IMG/VR virus record: IMGVR_UViG_3300038679_000359
Span: 1-30,901 of that record
Source: a virus
Lineage: Duplodnaviria > Caudoviricetes
Length of the DNA stretch: 30,901 bases
Direction: 5' to 3' (one strand)
Shown here: in pieces, positions 1 through 9,537 of the stretch
Layout of the letters: the number at the start of each line of letters is the position of its first letter
Numbering within the stretch: position 1 is the stretch's first letter
The notes under the pieces: model-generated
Database searches by the model: none
The model's input: only the letters and a program-made list of their open reading frames with translations
Told to the model about the DNA's origin: nothing
Made by a program: the position numbers and the translations under genes

Positions 1-35
1 ATGAAAGCGATAAGTTACAAGCCCGTAAAAAGGTC

Positions 36-220
36 GGACTGTGACACGGACTGTGCCACCGACTGTGCCAAGCAAAATGGCACAGTCCAAACCAAACGGG
101 TGCAAAAGCAGTCAATCTGCGACATTACAAGGGATAACGGACATTCCGGTCAAAAATGGCACAGTCCAAGCAAAAAACAGCGGACTGTGACAAAATTTGG
201 CACAGTCCGTGTCACAGTCC
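36..220. repeat. Array of eight 11-bp GGACTGTG(A/C)CA sites; probable operator/transposition enhancer region
   Basis: Forward copies at 36, 48, 60 (1 mismatch), 182; reverse copies at 78, 157, 198, 210. Segment 36-58 is a perfect 23-bp inverted repeat of 198-220. Lies upstream of the early operon like the Mu operator/IAS. Confidence 0.85.
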
Positions 221-249
221 AAGGGCAATATGGCATAGGGTTGGAGATA

Positions 250-579
250 ATGGATCAGAAGCGAAGATTGATTTGGCTGACAGTGCAACGAGCGGCAGAA
301 TTGAAACAGGTCTCAATGCGAACCATGTGGAGAATAATAGTCCAGGATGGATATCTGACTGAGAAGGTCACTGTATCACTCGGCAGAAGCCATACGAATA
401 AAACCTTCATCATGAGTGATGAGGAATTGCTTTGTCTGGAGCAACAGGATTGTCATAGCAAAAAACTGACACCCAGTTTGTATCTGGATAGGACTGTCGT
501 GGTTAAAGAGAATGCCCTGCCTGCTCTGTTTATCTATGGATACAGCAGTGCCATGGGAGATACTCATGAATCTGCATGA
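250..579 (+). CDS. Small putative DNA-binding protein upstream of transposase (Ner-like position)
   Basis: GGAGA SD before ATG 250; HTH-like WLTVQRAAELKQVSMRTMWR. The ORF-track start at 1 runs through the repeat array and is less likely. Confidence 0.6.
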   Translation: MDQKRRLIWLTVQRAAELKQVSMRTMWRIIVQDGYLTEKVTVSLGRSHTNKTFIMSDEELLCLEQQDCHSKKLTPSLYLDRTVVVKENALPALFIYGYSSAMGDTHESA

Positions 580-2665
580 TATCTACCCTGAGAACTACGG
601 TGACATCCTGAAAGAAGCCATGCCTGATTATGCAGGTAAAAGCAGAAAGAGCAGAAAACCAGTAGTTAAGACATCTGCCATTACTGTTAAAGCTGCTGAT
701 GAACTCGACCCGGTCATGGAAACATCGATTGTTTATCCTGATGCAGTCTATACAGAACTGCCTGCTACTATATATAGTGAACCAGAGATTATCGAATCTA
801 CTGAACTCACTCTTATACCCACTGAATCGTTACCACTCAGCTTTGAACCGGAAGCCAAGTTATTTGCCAAGTTCTGTCTGGATACACTGAACCGATTGGA
901 AGACTGCAAGTCCAAGGTGGTAGAGTGGAAACGCATCACTGAAGATTACAATAGCAAACGCATGCTGCCTGATCTGTACAAACTCAAAGGACAGCGGAGT
1001 GAACGCACTCTGCGTATTTGGGTTGAGACTTATCTGCAAAGTGGCTGTGACATGTTTGCCCTGATACATAAACGCAAGAACGAGGTCAGAGGACGTAAAG
1101 TCACGTATGCCGAACAGAACTATCTGCTCAACCTGCTACTAAGTCCTAAACGTATTAAGACAGGTTCAGCCATTACACTGCTCAAGCAGATGCAGGCTTT
1201 GGAAATGATAGAGTCGCCCTCCAGTGTAAAAACTCTGGTACGCTGGTGCGATGAATGGGAAAAGACCCATCCTGCCGAGTGGTATCAGGCGAGAGAAGGC
1301 AGTAAGTTCGTCTCGGAGCATATCATCAAATCGATTATCCGGGATGACGGCATTCTTGAAGTAGGTCAGGTCTGGGTGGCAGACGGTCATACCTTAGCCT
1401 TCGATATTATCAACCCTGCCACCGGCAGAGCTCAACGCATGACCATGATCATGATATTTGACTGGGCAAGCCGATATCCGGTGGGAGCTTCTCTGGCAGT
1501 TACTGAAGACAGCGCACATATCAGCACAGCCTTCCGCAATGCCTTCCTGCACTATGGTGGCAAACCTCAGTATGTTTATCTCGATAATGGCAGAGCCTTC
1601 AAGTCCAAGCTGTTTAATGAGCAGTGGGAAGAGCATGACTTATCTTTAGAATTAGGTGGCATCTTCCCCAGACTGGGCATCGGAGTAGCCTTCGCTGAAA
1701 GCTACAATGCCAGGTCAAAGGTCATCGAGCGGTTCTTCAGAACTTTTCAGGAGCAATTTGAACGCTTTATCTCCACCTTCAGAGGAGCATCAGTCGCAGA
1801 TAAACCTGCCACTCTGATGCGTAATGAGAAATGGGCACGCAAGCTATTTGAACGCACCGCACCCACTGTGGAAGAGACCATGCAGATGATTGCTTTCTAC
1901 ATCAGATACATCTATGGCAACACTCCGCACTCAGGCATCGGAAACAAGAAGCCTTATGAGGTCTTCTCTCAGGCTCTGGTACCGGAAGACAGACAGATTG
2001 AATCTTCAAAACTCAACTTCCTGATGCTGACCGCAGAACGTAAACGCATCAGAAGCGAAGGCATCAGGCTGAACAAGATGCTCTACTGGCATCCTGACCT
2101 AATCGACCATATCGCCCAACCCTGCGTCATTAGATACGATTACAGCGATGCACGTTGGATATTGGTCTATAGCCAGCAGGATGTGTTCATCTGCCAGGCA
2201 GAGCTGAGAAGAGCGCAACATCCCTTTATCGAACTGGATAAAGACAATCCCATCGCTCATAAGGAACTGGAGAGAGAATACCGGCAAAATAAGAACCTGA
2301 GAAAGCAGACTGAGCAACGCACCAAGAAGCTGGTCAAACAAACTCAGGAAAATGTCGACCGACTTATTAAGCCGATGCCGATAATGATTACCAGTCAGAA
2401 CAATCCCTTGTTTATCCAACCACCAGCGATAATGGCACCTGATCCTAAACTCAATCATGAGAAAGCCATCGAGCAGTTGGACAGGCAGGTCATAGATACC
2501 ATAAGAGCCAATAATGCAAATCACGATAATCGAACAGAATCACATGTGATAGAACATCCCATCCAAAACATAGTACCATCAGATGAGCAATCAGAGGATG
2601 GAGTTACCAATTTAGCTAAAACCATGACCTTCTCAGAGATGATGAAGAGAGTCGGGATAAAATAG
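566..2665 (+). CDS. MuA-like DDE transposase
   Basis: DDE triad WVADGH / YLDNG / KVIERFF; HTH-like SERTLRIW; Mu-transposase C-terminal IRYD motif; GGGAGA SD before ATG 566 (track start 512). Confidence 0.93.
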   Translation: MNLHDIYPENYGDILKEAMPDYAGKSRKSRKPVVKTSAITVKAADELDPVMETSIVYPDAVYTELPATIYSEPEIIESTELTLIPTESLPLSFEPEAKLFAKFCLDTLNRLEDCKSKVVEWKRITEDYNSKRMLPDLYKLKGQRSERTLRIWVETYLQSGCDMFALIHKRKNEVRGRKVTYAEQNYLLNLLLSPKRIKTGSAITLLKQMQALEMIESPSSVKTLVRWCDEWEKTHPAEWYQAREGSKFVSEHIIKSIIRDDGILEVGQVWVADGHTLAFDIINPATGRAQRMTMIMIFDWASRYPVGASLAVTEDSAHISTAFRNAFLHYGGKPQYVYLDNGRAFKSKLFNEQWEEHDLSLELGGIFPRLGIGVAFAESYNARSKVIERFFRTFQEQFERFISTFRGASVADKPATLMRNEKWARKLFERTAPTVEETMQMIAFYIRYIYGNTPHSGIGNKKPYEVFSQALVPEDRQIESSKLNFLMLTAERKRIRSEGIRLNKMLYWHPDLIDHIAQPCVIRYDYSDARWILVYSQQDVFICQAELRRAQHPFIELDKDNPIAHKELEREYRQNKNLRKQTEQRTKKLVKQTQENVDRLIKPMPIMITSQNNPLFIQPPAIMAPDPKLNHEKAIEQLDRQVIDTIRANNANHDNRTESHVIEHPIQNIVPSDEQSEDGVTNLAKTMTFSEMMKRVGIK

Positions 2666-2674
2666 GAGATAGAC

Positions 2675-3388
2675 ATGAAACAAGGAAGTTTAGTTCAAAC
2701 GAGCAATGTTATCGAAGCAGATGTCTGTATTGATTATCTGCTCAAGCGACCCAAAATAGAGATGGTGGGTCTGGGACTGTTATACGGTAAGCCGGGTCTC
2801 GGCAAGACTACTTATGCCAGCAGAATGGCATTCAGCAAAGGCTATCTGTATCTGAGACTGGAAGCCACCTCGACTCCCAAGTCCTTCGCTCAGCAACTGC
2901 TGTCTGCTCTCTATAAACGCTTCGGTATGGGCAGCTACCTGCCATACGGCACTTCTAATGCGCTGTTTGATAAATGCAAGGCTATCCTGCATGAGCATGA
3001 TGACACTGTCATCGTAATCGATGAGATAGACTATGCCTTCCGGCATCCACAACTACTGGGTGCCCTGCGGGATATCGTGGATGAGACACTGGCAATCGTT
3101 ATACTGGTCGGCATGCAGACAGCCAAAGACAAGCTCCTGCAAATTAATGAGTACTACTTCGACAGATGCAATATCTACTATGAGTTCCAACCTGCGACCA
3201 AACAAGACCTGACTATCCTGACCCAAGAGATACTCAATGTGAAGGTCAATCCTGATGTGGTGGAGCATCTCCACTTCCACTCCTGCGGTAACCTCAGAAA
3301 AGCTATGAAGATGATCTTCGGCATGGAACAGTCTGCCATCCAACTCAACCTTAGTGAACTCACTTTAGACAATCTCGGATTGCATTAA
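2675..3388 (+). CDS. MuB-like AAA+ ATPase (transposition protein B)
   Basis: Walker A GKPGLGKT, Walker B VIVIDEID, directly downstream of the transposase, AGGAG SD. Confidence 0.9.
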   Translation: MKQGSLVQTSNVIEADVCIDYLLKRPKIEMVGLGLLYGKPGLGKTTYASRMAFSKGYLYLRLEATSTPKSFAQQLLSALYKRFGMGSYLPYGTSNALFDKCKAILHEHDDTVIVIDEIDYAFRHPQLLGALRDIVDETLAIVILVGMQTAKDKLLQINEYYFDRCNIYYEFQPATKQDLTILTQEILNVKVNPDVVEHLHFHSCGNLRKAMKMIFGMEQSAIQLNLSELTLDNLGLH

Positions 3389-3903
3389 TGGAAACCAAGA
3401 TGACAGATTTGGAACTGGTTAGTAACTTCATTAGCCAATACAACCGACCTTTCAATGTGGAATCGGCTGCAAGCCTCGTGGGACTATCTGCCGAAGCGGT
3501 GGCTCCTGTAATGGCTGAGATGCTACAACGCAAGGAGATTAAACGCATCTCCGAGAGTGAAGGTGGCATCTATGTCCGGGCTAACCGTTATGACACCAGT
3601 CAATGCAGCACCATTACAGGTTGGACTTTCAATGTCACCTCAGCCTATCAGCTCATGGATATCATCGAAAGCGGCAATTACTATGGCATCAGACCCCTTG
3701 CCAAAGCCATCGGCAAGTCCAGGCAGTGGGTTTATATCTACTTGGAAGCACTGGCATCCTTGGGTGCTGTTGACCTGCGTAACTACAAGTATGTGGTCAT
3801 CAACCGCGAAAAAGCACCCTACATCGGCACTAAAGTCCAGAAGGGCATCCTGCATCAACTGAGAAGTTTGAATCGCATGGGTGCACACCGGGACTTGAGC
3901 TAA
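3388..3903 (+). CDS. Hypothetical protein, probable tandem winged-HTH DNA-binding protein
   Basis: TAATG-coupled to MuB-like gene; HTH-like IRPLAKAIGKSRQWVYIYLEAL. Confidence 0.6.
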   Translation: METKMTDLELVSNFISQYNRPFNVESAASLVGLSAEAVAPVMAEMLQRKEIKRISESEGGIYVRANRYDTSQCSTITGWTFNVTSAYQLMDIIESGNYYGIRPLAKAIGKSRQWVYIYLEALASLGAVDLRNYKYVVINREKAPYIGTKVQKGILHQLRSLNRMGAHRDLS

Positions 3904-3932
3904 TCCCCAACTAATAACAAGAGGGCATTACT

Positions 3933-4337
3933 ATGACACAAGAACAGAGAGAACGAAAGCTCCGGCAAGACATTCAGGCTATCCGTGTATGTAAGTTCGG
4001 TTGGCCCGAGGACAGCTTCCATTACATCCTCAAAGAACTGGGTTTTGGAGATTCTCTGCGTGCCTTGGATGAAGCCAGGCTGATTGAACTCAAAGCTCTG
4101 ATGGTCAAATATAACCGCTCTGATGACCTGTTTGCCTATGATAAGCAAGGCAGATACATGCATATCATAAGAAAACAGGCAAAGTGGACGGATGCCGATC
4201 TCAGAGCTTTCCTGATTAACCATTACCACAAGAGCCACTGGAACATCTTAACCATGCCGGAACGCCGGGCTGTAATTGCCATGCTCTCCAAGTATGCCCA
4301 CAAACAGAATACCAGTCAAACAGATAATCATCAATAG
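3933..4337 (+). CDS. GemA/gp16-like protein of Mu-like phages
   Basis: Pattern IQAIR..FGWPEDSFHYIL...G.GDSLRAL resembles GemA (DUF1018); position in the semi-essential region. Confidence 0.5.
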   Translation: MTQEQRERKLRQDIQAIRVCKFGWPEDSFHYILKELGFGDSLRALDEARLIELKALMVKYNRSDDLFAYDKQGRYMHIIRKQAKWTDADLRAFLINHYHKSHWNILTMPERRAVIAMLSKYAHKQNTSQTDNHQ

Positions 4338-4372
4338 CAGCATAATAACAGAATCGAATAAGGAGGTTTCCT

Positions 4373-4987
4373 ATGGAAACGAATACGGAAAAACAGACTA
4401 AGGAACGCATGCTGTCCGATGCCAGAGGCAGAGAAATCCCTGCCAAAGTCATAGACCGGGACATCATCAAACGGGACGCTGTGGTGCGGAAAGTAGTGGA
4501 GCGGGCAATCAAAATGCACGAGAAGCTGGAAGCAGACAAGCACAGGATTACTCAGGAGTTGGAAGAGTATCTGTCTGATCTTGCCAAAGCTAATAATCTG
4601 GAGTGGAAGGGCAATGCCATCCTGTTCAGCTTTGACGAGAGTCAGAAAGTGGAAATCCGCTATAAAGAAAACATCCGCTTTGGAGTCGAACTGCAGCTTG
4701 CCAAGCAGAAGATAGATGAGTGCCTGAAGGAATGGACAACCGACTCCAACGTCAATCTCAGAGCTATTATCAATGAAGCTTTCCAAGTGGATAAGAAAGG
4801 CGAGATTGCCAAGTACCGCATCCTGGCTTTACGCAGATACAACATCAAAGATCCGACTTGGAAGGAAGCGATGGAACTGATCGACAAAGCCATCCAAGTC
4901 ACCTCCACCAAGCAGTATGTCGCTTTCTACCAGAGGGAAAAGGATAAAGGTTATGAGCAGATTATCCTTAACTTCAGTTCCATCTGA
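4373..4987 (+). CDS. DUF3164-family protein of Mu-like phages
   Basis: Motifs LFSFDE..KVE, AKQKIDECL, AFQVDKKG, W..AM..I..AI.V..TKQYV.FY; AAGGAGG SD. Confidence 0.75.
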   Translation: METNTEKQTKERMLSDARGREIPAKVIDRDIIKRDAVVRKVVERAIKMHEKLEADKHRITQELEEYLSDLAKANNLEWKGNAILFSFDESQKVEIRYKENIRFGVELQLAKQKIDECLKEWTTDSNVNLRAIINEAFQVDKKGEIAKYRILALRRYNIKDPTWKEAMELIDKAIQVTSTKQYVAFYQREKDKGYEQIILNFSSI

Positions 4988-5004
4988 TAATCAAACATTT
5001 ATCG

Positions 5005-5035
5005 CCACTCCTGCTTTAATCATTGGCAGGAGTGG
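5005..5035. promoter_or_regulatory. GC-rich hairpin between early and middle genes
   Basis: CCACTCCTGC-N11-GCAGGAGTGG perfect 10-bp stem; no U-tract. Confidence 0.5.
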
Positions 5036-5071
5036 GCAAGCGGCGTTGACCACTGCATAGGAGTAGATAAG

Positions 5072-5320
5072 ATGACCACCATAGATGAGAAACAACAACT
5101 GGAGATTAATATGGGCATCTTTACAGAAGACCGCTGTTACCGACCTGACGAGATTGCAGATAAGCTGCATGTCGATAAGTCCACTATCTACAGACTGATT
5201 AAAGACATGCTGGACCCTCTGCCTGCCTTCCGCATTAAGGAGCAGGGACAGCTCCGCTGTTACGGCAGAGATATCAATGCTTATCTCGACAGTCACAAGG
5301 TGAGACCTGAATATGAGTAA
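5072..5320 (+). CDS. Small HTH (excisionase/MerR-like) DNA-binding protein, candidate late regulator
   Basis: YRPDEIADKLHVDKSTIYRLI...LPAFRI...LR motif; alternative start at 5111. Confidence 0.75.
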   Translation: MTTIDEKQQLEINMGIFTEDRCYRPDEIADKLHVDKSTIYRLIKDMLDPLPAFRIKEQGQLRCYGRDINAYLDSHKVRPEYE

Positions 5321-5762
5321 TGATCGTGAGTTCCGCATCAAGCGGGAAAACTGCAAAGAGACCTACCTGAACGGTAATACCGATGCCCATGAATTGGCTG
5401 TGATTTTCGGTGTGTCCGAGATCACAGTCCGCAAGTGGGTCAAGTCGGGTAATTGGGATGCGCTGTACAAGGAAGAGCGCAAGCTGGACAATGACATTAA
5501 AGTTGCCCGTAAGAAAGCTCTGATTCAAGCCTTGAGAGAGTATGCCAAGTTCCCGGCAGACACCGCTCTGCAGTCTCTGGTTAACCTGATTAAGCAGGAT
5601 CAGAAGGATAGCGAACCTGCCAAGGAACTCAATGATTACATTGTCCGCTTTATGGATCAGTCTACCGACTTCATGATAGAGAAAGGCTACGAGACACTAC
5701 TTAAACAATACCAGGCTATCGTGCTTGACTTAGCTGAATACCTCAGACAGCGCAACGGATAA
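5313..5762 (+). CDS. Probable terminase small subunit (N-terminal HTH)
   Basis: ELAVIFGVSEITVRKWVKSGNWD HTH; upstream of large terminase. Confidence 0.65.
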   Translation: MSNDREFRIKRENCKETYLNGNTDAHELAVIFGVSEITVRKWVKSGNWDALYKEERKLDNDIKVARKKALIQALREYAKFPADTALQSLVNLIKQDQKDSEPAKELNDYIVRFMDQSTDFMIEKGYETLLKQYQAIVLDLAEYLRQRNG

Positions 5763-5839
5763 GAGCATGAATACCAACATTATGATAAACACTCCGTCCC
5801 TGAATCTCTCTGACCTAACGCCTCCCAACCCTGATCATT

Positions 5840-7393
5840 ATGCCTAAGAAGTTCATTCAAAGGCATAACAAGGCACTGGCGGAGATCGCATCCAAGACGA
5901 TCTCCGTTTTGCCTTTTATAGACGATAATCCTGATGCCAAGGTAGAACGCATCACCAGAACCATGGGAGATGACTGGTCTGCTTTCTCTTTCTTCTGCCG
6001 GACTTACTTTCCACATGTTTTTGTATTACCTTTCTGCCCAGTGCATGAGACTATGTTCGATGAGACCCAAAACTCTGAAGGGATCATCGGCATCACAGGT
6101 TTTCGTGGACTGGGCAAAACGGTACTAATGGGAGTGGTTTATCCGATCTGGAAGATTATCAAAGGCGAGAAGTATGTTATCCATACCGCTGCTGATGTCG
6201 ATCTCTCGCAGGAACGCACTGCTTTCACACTGCATGAACTGACAAACAACCGCAGACTCTTAGGGGACTTTCCTGAGCTTCAACCTGTGGACTCTTTTGA
6301 TCTGGACTTCTATCTCAAGAACAAGACCCGCATCCGAGCCAGGAGTATTAAGCAATCCCATCGTGGAACCCTGAACCCCAAGACAGCCAAACGCCCCGGA
6401 CTGATAGTTTGTGATGATATAGACAAAGAAGAGAACATGGGCAACCAGTCCATCGGCAAGAGGCGCATGGATAAGATTACTCAGGAGTTGGCAGGAGCTT
6501 TAGCACCGGAAGGAACAGGTAAGGTAATCTGGCTCGGTAACCTTGTACATCCCAACTATGCCATCTGTCAGTTCCAGCAACTCATAATAGACGATTTAAA
6601 GGCAGATCATCCTGACTTGGATATTGTATCAAATCCGGTCGTAAAATGCCACCAGAGAGCTATTATGCGCTTTCCTTTGGAGAATCCGGACGGTAGCTCA
6701 GCTTGGGAAGAGCAATACCCTACAAGTACGCTTCCAAACCTGAGAGCTAAGTTTGGCAGTACCGGTTACCAGAGAGAGATGCTCGGACAGCCGGTGATCG
6801 AAGGCAATATCTTCAAACACCAGTGGTTCACCAAATACAGAAACCTGCCTGCTCCATCTCTAATGAAGCGTGTCTGGATGTATGCCGACCCGGCATGGGG
6901 AGAGAAGGGTTGTTTCAAAGCTATCATCTCCATCGGCTATGACGGCAACAGGTTCTATGTTATCCATGTTTGGATACGTCAGACTGAGAACACCAAGTTC
7001 TTCAGATATTACCATGATACTTATCAGGAACTGGAATCAATTTACAAAGCCAAGTTCCGCTCTGCCATCGAGACCAGCTACGGTCAGGCTCGTATCCTTG
7101 CCGACTTCGACAGGTGGGCTAAGGATAACAACCTGAATCCCATCTCCCACCGAATAAAGCGCATTGATAACAAAGAAAACAAGAACCTTAGAATAGAGAG
7201 AACCGAGACCAGCATCGAGACTGCCAAGATACTCTTCCCCGACGGACAGGATACACCTACCCTGATCAGTCAGTTCCTTACCTATCCTGATGGTTATATC
7301 GATGGTTGTGATGCCCTTGCCGGATGTCTGGAACGCTTCAATGAATATGACATTGGCAGGAACAGAGTCCGGGTCCGGAGGTTTAGCTTCTGA
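5840..7393 (+). CDS. Terminase large subunit
   Basis: Walker A GFRGLGKT, Walker B LIVCDDID, nuclease YADPA ... DGCDALA. Confidence 0.9.
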   Translation: MPKKFIQRHNKALAEIASKTISVLPFIDDNPDAKVERITRTMGDDWSAFSFFCRTYFPHVFVLPFCPVHETMFDETQNSEGIIGITGFRGLGKTVLMGVVYPIWKIIKGEKYVIHTAADVDLSQERTAFTLHELTNNRRLLGDFPELQPVDSFDLDFYLKNKTRIRARSIKQSHRGTLNPKTAKRPGLIVCDDIDKEENMGNQSIGKRRMDKITQELAGALAPEGTGKVIWLGNLVHPNYAICQFQQLIIDDLKADHPDLDIVSNPVVKCHQRAIMRFPLENPDGSSAWEEQYPTSTLPNLRAKFGSTGYQREMLGQPVIEGNIFKHQWFTKYRNLPAPSLMKRVWMYADPAWGEKGCFKAIISIGYDGNRFYVIHVWIRQTENTKFFRYYHDTYQELESIYKAKFRSAIETSYGQARILADFDRWAKDNNLNPISHRIKRIDNKENKNLRIERTETSIETAKILFPDGQDTPTLISQFLTYPDGYIDGCDALAGCLERFNEYDIGRNRVRVRRFSF

Positions 7394-8290
7394 TGCAGTA
7401 CTATGACCAAATCATGCTTGAGTATTACCGGGTCTTGAACAATGCCTGGAAGACCGAAGTCAAAGATGCAGCTTACCTCGCTATCCAAATGCTAAGTGAT
7501 ATGCCAAGAAGTGAAAAGGTCAGTAAGACCCAAATAGACAAACTGATGGACATCATCAATACTCAACTTGGAGATGACTTCGCTTCCCAGGTAAACGAAC
7601 CCACCTGTCATTCCAGCGCAGGCTGGAACCCATAATTGCTGTATCCGGCTCGGACTGAGAGATACCCAAGTCCAGGCACCTGTAAAGACCTCCATCGGAC
7701 TCTGGGGAATCGAAGACCAGCACTTATCTTCCACTATTCAAAAGCAGCAAATCTTCTGGCTCGGTAACCATTTTGATGCCGATATCCGTCAAAACTTCGC
7801 TGATGTGCTATCCAAAGCAATTGATCAGGGATATACTAAGGAAATGCTGACAGAGACCTTAAAACAGCAGTTTAGCGACATTGGGGAGAAGTCCCAAGCT
7901 TACTGGCAGGGATTGGCTGAACATACGGCTCTTCGTATCAGAGAGTTTGGCAGACTGCAGGGATATAAGAAAGCGCAAGCGAAGTATTACAAGCTTGTAG
8001 TGATCCTCGATGACCGTACCAGCGACATCTGCCGGGCACTGGCTGCCCAAGATAAAGTCTATCCCTTAAACGATGCGACTGAAGTGATGGATAACCTGAT
8101 GGCTCTGGATACGAAATCAAACAGCCTGGATGATGCCAGAGACTATATCAAAGCCTTAGCTCCTTGGGTGAGTAATGACCAGATAGTCTATAACAGCAGT
8201 GACGAACCTATTGGTGTCTCAGGAGCACATACTCCTTTCCCACCTTTTCATTGGAAGTGCAGGACAATGACTCGGTTACAAAGAGATTAA
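7393..8290 (+). pseudogene. MuF/SPP1 gp7-like head morphogenesis protein, split by a frameshift near 7595-7635
   Basis: Frame 1 stops at 7635; the +1 frame is open 7595-8290 and has DDRTSDIC and PPFHWKCRT gp7 motifs; a palindrome sits at the break. Confidence 0.8.
7606..7632. repeat. REP/dRS3-like palindrome inside the MuF-like gene
   Basis: TGTCA-TTCCAGC-GCAG-GCTGGAA-CCCA; resembles the widespread GTCATTCCCGCGnAnGCGGGAATCC element. Confidence 0.6.
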
Positions 8291-8588
8291 TAAGAGCAAG
8301 TACAAAAGTTGATAATACAAACCTATGTATAGGAGGCTGACGACAAAATTGATACTACAGGCACTCCTTACTCCTATGCAGGTTATAATTGGCTTTTTAA
8401 AACCAGTATCTTTCTAAGATTCTGATAATGCATGTCTAACTTACTAATGTTTGTATTAGCTACTTATGTCATCCTGCTACTATATAGTGGTTCAATATGT
8501 ATATATAGTAAGTAAATACTAATACTACTCTACACCCAATTTACCAATGAAATAGTTACTATTGCATAAATGAGAAAAGCTATCGTCA

Positions 8589-9536
8589 CTACCTTTGTAT
8601 ACTTTTATCAATTACAATTTCGTCTATGCTAAACTTGCTCTTATTGCCATCAAAACTAATAATTTTATTGCCGACAATGTCTATAATAGTGCTATTTCTC
8701 CAATATTTTGTATCTAATTTCCCAATTAACTGGCCTTGTAATCCGAATATTTCAATTGAGGAGAGTTTTGTTTGGTTTGGATTTACAAAACATAATACAA
8801 CATATTTCCAACCAGCAAATATATTAAATAATCTACTTTTGTTGGGTTTGATAATTTCGAATTTACGACTTTCTGAGGTATCCATATAGTTAAGATGATA
8901 AATGTTAGCATTTATCTGGCATGTAATGATTGCATCATTACGATTTGAATCAATAAGCAGTGGTTGCTGGTAAGGCTTTCTTTTTAATACTTTAAGATTA
9001 ATTGGTACAATCCTATATAAAACCGGTTTGATATCTCTAACCTGTTTATAGATACGTAAGCTTTGTTGCTTGTTTTCATCATAAAAGTTAGTAACATTAA
9101 AAAAAAGTGTATCACTGAACTCAGCAATATCTGTATACAAAGACCAATCATCTATCAAAGGTTCTTGATTAAGTAAATCTCCAGCACTTGAAAAGAATGT
9201 CAAGTTGTAATGTGATGCATCATAAACAACAAATTCACTCTTACCAAATAGATATCTTGCAAAACTAATCTGGGCAAATCCAGAATTTGAGGGGATAAAG
9301 GAATTCACCAAATTTCTCCCTCTGTAATCGTAACAATATGTTTTTGTGTTTGTTGAATCCTTCGTATCAATCACATATATTATTGAATCTGATACCATGA
9401 ATTTTACATAACTGGGGTCCAATTTACTTCCAGTATACTTAAAACTATTAACATGTGATATAGTAACATTAGATTTGGATGCACAAATACCATATTGTAA
9501 TGTGCAAATTAGGATTATGCATAAACACACTCTCAT
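8589..9536 (-). CDS. Secreted beta-propeller-like protein (operon L, gene 4)
   Basis: N-terminal hydrophobic signal MRVCLCIILICTLQYGICA; repeated blade-like motifs YDYRGRNL, FFSSAGDLL, IFGLQGQLI. Confidence 0.65.
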   Translation of the reverse strand: MRVCLCIILICTLQYGICASKSNVTISHVNSFKYTGSKLDPSYVKFMVSDSIIYVIDTKDSTNTKTYCYDYRGRNLVNSFIPSNSGFAQISFARYLFGKSEFVVYDASHYNLTFFSSAGDLLNQEPLIDDWSLYTDIAEFSDTLFFNVTNFYDENKQQSLRIYKQVRDIKPVLYRIVPINLKVLKRKPYQQPLLIDSNRNDAIITCQINANIYHLNYMDTSESRKFEIIKPNKSRLFNIFAGWKYVVLCFVNPNQTKLSSIEIFGLQGQLIGKLDTKYWRNSTIIDIVGNKIISFDGNKSKFSIDEIVIDKSIQR

Positions 9537-9537
9537 T

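Noticed and set aside
36-220. Repeat array as CRISPR or transposon end
   Set aside because: Units are 11 bp in both orientations without unique spacers and no cas genes are present; no terminal TG/CA junction can be identified
1-249. N-terminal extension of ORF 1-579
   Set aside because: Translation merely reflects the DNA repeats; a better SD-ATG exists at 250
5053-8381. 13-bp inverted match CTGCATAGGAGTA at 5053-5065 and 8369-8381
   Set aside because: Several 13-mer matches are expected by chance in 31 kb; no invertase present
8320-8384. Imperfect inverted repeat as terminator between MuF and operon L
   Set aside because: Long loop, bulges and no U-tract; too weak to call
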